DNA from: an uncultured Actinomycetota bacterium
GTDB lineage: Bacteria; Actinomycetota; Actinomycetes; Mycobacteriales; SCTD01
Length of the DNA: 64,000 nucleotides
Reading direction: 5' to 3'
Assembly (NCBI GenBank): GCA_963781675.1
Contig: CAWAGF010000006.1
Span: 324,045-388,044 of the forward strand
This document shows positions 61,465 through 64,000 of this stretch, piece after piece (within the stretch, counting starts at the first letter, position 1; every line of letters begins with the position of its first letter). Under the pieces are notes generated by a model that made no database searches, was not told where the DNA came from, and saw nothing but the letters and a program-made list of their open reading frames with translations. Both the position numbers and the translations under genes were made by a program.

Positions 61465-63006
61465 ATGAAGGTGCCGATGACGACCGCCGACTTCCTCGAC
61501 CGCGCGGAGCAGGTCTACCCCCAGCGGACGGCCGTCGTGGACGAGCCGGGGGAGCACCAGGACGGCGGCCTCGGGACGCTCACCTACGCCGCGCTCGCCG
61601 ACCGGGCGCGGGCGATCGCCGCGGGGCTGGACGAGCTCGGCGTCGGCCGCGGCCAGCGGGTCGCGGTGGTCAGCCACAACAGCGCCCGGCTGCTCGAGCT
61701 CTTCTTCGGCGTCACCGCCTGGGGGCGCGTGCTGGTGCCGGTGAACTTCCGGCTGAGCCGCGACGAGGTCGCCTACATCGTCGAGCACTCCGGCGCGACC
61801 GTGCTGCTCGTGGACCCCGAGCTCGACGCGGCGCTGGCGGACGTCACCGCAGCCCACCGGTTCGTGCTCGGGAAGGAGTCCGACGCCGCGCTGCTGCGCC
61901 CGGGCACCGCGCCGGCGCCGTGGGAGGAGCCGGACGAGGACGCGACCGCCACGATCAACTACACCTCCGGCACGACCGCGCGGCCCAAGGGGGTGCAGAT
62001 CACGCACCGGAACATCTGGCTGAACGGCGTGACCTTCGCGCTGCACGCCGGCGTGACGGACCGGGACGTCTACCTGCACACGCTGCCGATGTTCCACGCC
62101 AACGGCTGGGGGATGCCCTTCGCGCTGACCGGCCTCGGCGTCCCGCAGGTGGTGATCCGCAAGATCGACGGGGCCGACGTCCTGGGGAGGGTGGAGCGGT
62201 ACGGCGTGACCCTGATGTGCGCCGCACCGGCCGTCGTCGCCTCCGTGCTGGAGGCCGCCCAGACGTGGGAGGGCGACGTCCCGGGGCGGGACCGCACGCG
62301 CATCGTCGTCGCCGGGGCCCCGCCGCCGAGCCGGACCATCCAGCGCGTCGAGGAGGAGCTCGGCTGGGAGTTCCTGCAGATCTACGGCCTCACCGAGACC
62401 TCACCGCTGCTGACCGTGAACCGGCGGCGCGCGGAGGAGGACGACCTGTCGGCGGAGGAGCGCGCCAAGCGGCTCGGCCGGGCCGGGATGCCGGCTCTCG
62501 GCACCCGCATCCGGATCAGCGACAGCGGCGAGGTCCTCGCCCGTGGCAACACCGTGCTGGAGGGCTACTGGGAGCAGCCGGACGCGACAGCGGACGCCCT
62601 GGAAGGCGGCTGGTTCCACACCGGCGACGGCGGCACGCTGGACGACGAGGGCTACCTGTCGATCAGCGACCGGCGCAAGGACGTGATCATCACCGGTGGC
62701 GAGAACGTCTCCTCGATCGAGGTGGAGGACTGCCTGTTCAGCCACCCCGCGGTCGCGGAGGTCGCCGTCATCGGCGTCCCGTCCGAGAAGTGGGGCGAGA
62801 CCATCAAGGCGCTGGTCGTGCTGGCCCCCGGCGAGAGCGCCGACGAGGCCGAGCTCATCGCGCACTGCAAGACGCGGCTGGCCGGCTACAAGGCCCCCAC
62901 CTCCGTCGAGCTGCGCGAGGCGATCCCGCGCACCGCGACCGGGAAGGTGCAGAAGTTCAAGCTGCGCGAGCAGTACTGGGCGGGCCAGGAGCGGCAGGTC
63001 AACTAG
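61465..63006 (+). CDS. AMP-dependent acyl-CoA synthetase/ligase
   Basis: ATG 61465. AMP-binding motif INYTSGTTARPKGV, plus YGLTETS, WFHTGDGG and the C-terminal TATGKVQKFKLR. Confidence 0.9.
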   Translation: MKVPMTTADFLDRAEQVYPQRTAVVDEPGEHQDGGLGTLTYAALADRARAIAAGLDELGVGRGQRVAVVSHNSARLLELFFGVTAWGRVLVPVNFRLSRDEVAYIVEHSGATVLLVDPELDAALADVTAAHRFVLGKESDAALLRPGTAPAPWEEPDEDATATINYTSGTTARPKGVQITHRNIWLNGVTFALHAGVTDRDVYLHTLPMFHANGWGMPFALTGLGVPQVVIRKIDGADVLGRVERYGVTLMCAAPAVVASVLEAAQTWEGDVPGRDRTRIVVAGAPPPSRTIQRVEEELGWEFLQIYGLTETSPLLTVNRRRAEEDDLSAEERAKRLGRAGMPALGTRIRISDSGEVLARGNTVLEGYWEQPDATADALEGGWFHTGDGGTLDDEGYLSISDRRKDVIITGGENVSSIEVEDCLFSHPAVAEVAVIGVPSEKWGETIKALVVLAPGESADEAELIAHCKTRLAGYKAPTSVELREAIPRTATGKVQKFKLREQYWAGQERQVN

Positions 63007-63030
63007 CCGGATCCGGGGTAGGGGCAGGGC

Positions 63031-63339
63031 ATGACCGAGCCCTTCAGCCAGCAGTCCGACGACACCCGCGCGAGCGGCCCGACGCAGTCCGACGCCGCGG
63101 GCGACAGCGGCGTGCAGGGCGGCGACGCCGCCGACCGGATGGACTCCGCGGGACCCGGCTCCGGTGGCCTGGCGGGCGGCGGCGCCGACGGCGAGACCGG
63201 CGCCCGCGAGCAGCTGCGCAAGGACCTGGGCGAGCGCGACGCCTCCCTCGGCACCGAGGACGGTGGCGAGCTCGAGCAGGCCGCCGCCGTCGGCGAGACC
63301 GACGACCCGCAAGGCGGCTCGATCCAGTCGCGCGGCTGA
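63031..63339 (+). CDS. Hypothetical acidic, Gly/Asp-rich low-complexity protein
   Basis: ORF 63031..63339 has strong GC3 bias. MTEPFSQQSDDTRASGPTQSDAAGDSGVQGGDAADR... No motif recognised. Confidence 0.45.
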   Translation: MTEPFSQQSDDTRASGPTQSDAAGDSGVQGGDAADRMDSAGPGSGGLAGGGADGETGAREQLRKDLGERDASLGTEDGGELEQAAAVGETDDPQGGSIQSRG

Positions 63340-63362
63340 CCGACCGCTGCCAGGCTCGTCGC

Positions 63363-64000
63363 ATGACGCGCCGCTGGCTGTTCGCCGACCAGCTCGGCCC
63401 GCAGTTCCTCGACGCGCGGGACCAGCCGGCGCTGCTCGTCGAGTCGCGCGCAGTCTTCCGGCGCCGGACGTTCCACCGCGCCAAGGCGCACCTGCTGCTG
63501 TCCGCGCTCCGGCACCGCGCGCTCGAGCTCGGCGACCAGTGCACCTACCTGCAGGTGGACACCTACGACGAGGCGCTGCGGCAGGTCGACGAGCCGCTGT
63601 CGGTCGTGCAGCCCACCTCGTACGCCGCTGACCGCTTCGTGCGCGACCGCGGCGTCGAGGTGGTGCCGGAGGGGCGCGGCTTCGCCACGACGCGCGAGGA
63701 CTTCGCGCAGTGGGTGAGCGGCCGCAAGCGCCTGCTGATGGAGGACTTCTACCGCTGGCAGCGCGTGCGGTTCGACCTGCTCATGGACGGCGACGAGCCG
63801 GCCGGCGGCCGGTGGAACCTCGACCACGACAACCGGCAGCCGCCCCCGAAGCGGGAGGTGCTCGGCCTGCCGGAGCCGTGGTACCCGGGCGAGGACGACG
63901 TCGACGCGCAGGTGCGCGAGGACCTCGACCGCTGGGAGCGCGACGGCCTCGCGACCTTCGTCGGTGCCGACCGGCCGCGGTGGGCGCCGGTCACGCGGTG
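63363..64000 (+). CDS. Cryptochrome/photolyase-family protein (deoxyribodipyrimidine photolyase-related, DPRP type), N-terminal part only
   Basis: My own translation from ATG 63363; it is open to the window end and therefore absent from the ORF track. MTRRWLFADQLGPQFLD...FHRAKAHLLLSALRHRA...MEDFYRWQRVRFDLLMDGDEPAGGRWNLDHDNRQPPP. Confidence 0.72.
   Translation, partial: MTRRWLFADQLGPQFLDARDQPALLVESRAVFRRRTFHRAKAHLLLSALRHRALELGDQCTYLQVDTYDEALRQVDEPLSVVQPTSYAADRFVRDRGVEVVPEGRGFATTREDFAQWVSGRKRLLMEDFYRWQRVRFDLLMDGDEPAGGRWNLDHDNRQPPPKREVLGLPEPWYPGEDDVDAQVREDLDRWERDGLATFVGADRPRWAPVTR

Overview
This is a high-GC chromosomal core segment from an Actinomycetota genome (roughly 73-75% GC by eye, with very strong GC3 bias). 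The synteny resembles Micrococcales or Kineosporiales, but I cannot assign a genus from sequence alone.

Gene order:
- Secreted S15 peptidase (partial), L,D-transpeptidase and an SsgB-like protein.
- Plus strand: uvrC-rapZ-yvcK-whiA-hypothetical-gap-pgk-tpiA, a five-gene Opp/Dpp-type peptide ABC operon, then secG-rbpA.
- Minus strand: the pentose-phosphate operon tkt-tal-pgi-zwf-opcA-pgl.
- ctaB with an ATP-grasp gene, then ctaA, a TupA-like ATP-grasp gene and an LPXTG Asp-box surface protein.
- ABC-2 exporter pair, then sufR-sufB-sufD-Rieske-sufC-sufS-sufU-sufT.
- Secreted metzincin-like protease, arcB-arcC, a TraR/DksA zinc-finger gene with a YpfJ-like Zn-peptidase, and an ABC-F ATPase.
- Fe(3+) ABC importer with a candidate IdeR/DtxR box, then a small HTH protein, an acyl-CoA dehydrogenase and an ABC exporter.
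- Tat metallophosphoesterase, PhoD-like phosphatase, SDR, Zn-ADH, EamA transporter, acyl-CoA synthetase and a photolyase-related protein (partial).

I saw no rRNA, tRNA, CRISPR array, transposase or integrase.

The most striking property is technical rather than biological. I traced 17 single-base frame disruptions (16 apparent insertions and 1 deletion) inside otherwise intact housekeeping genes, clustered in two blocks. I read this as sequence or assembly error, not gene decay or recoding. These genes are listed as type pseudogene only because the sequence as given is frame-disrupted.

I did not find a convincing novel multi-gene system. The modest candidates are the accessory insertions into conserved synteny: the opp operon between tpiA and secG, the ATP-grasp and LPXTG Asp-box island around ctaA, the protease/arcBC/Zn-finger block, and the phosphoesterase pair. 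A few regulatory structures are also reported. The long antisense ORFs in the six-frame track are GC3-skew shadows.
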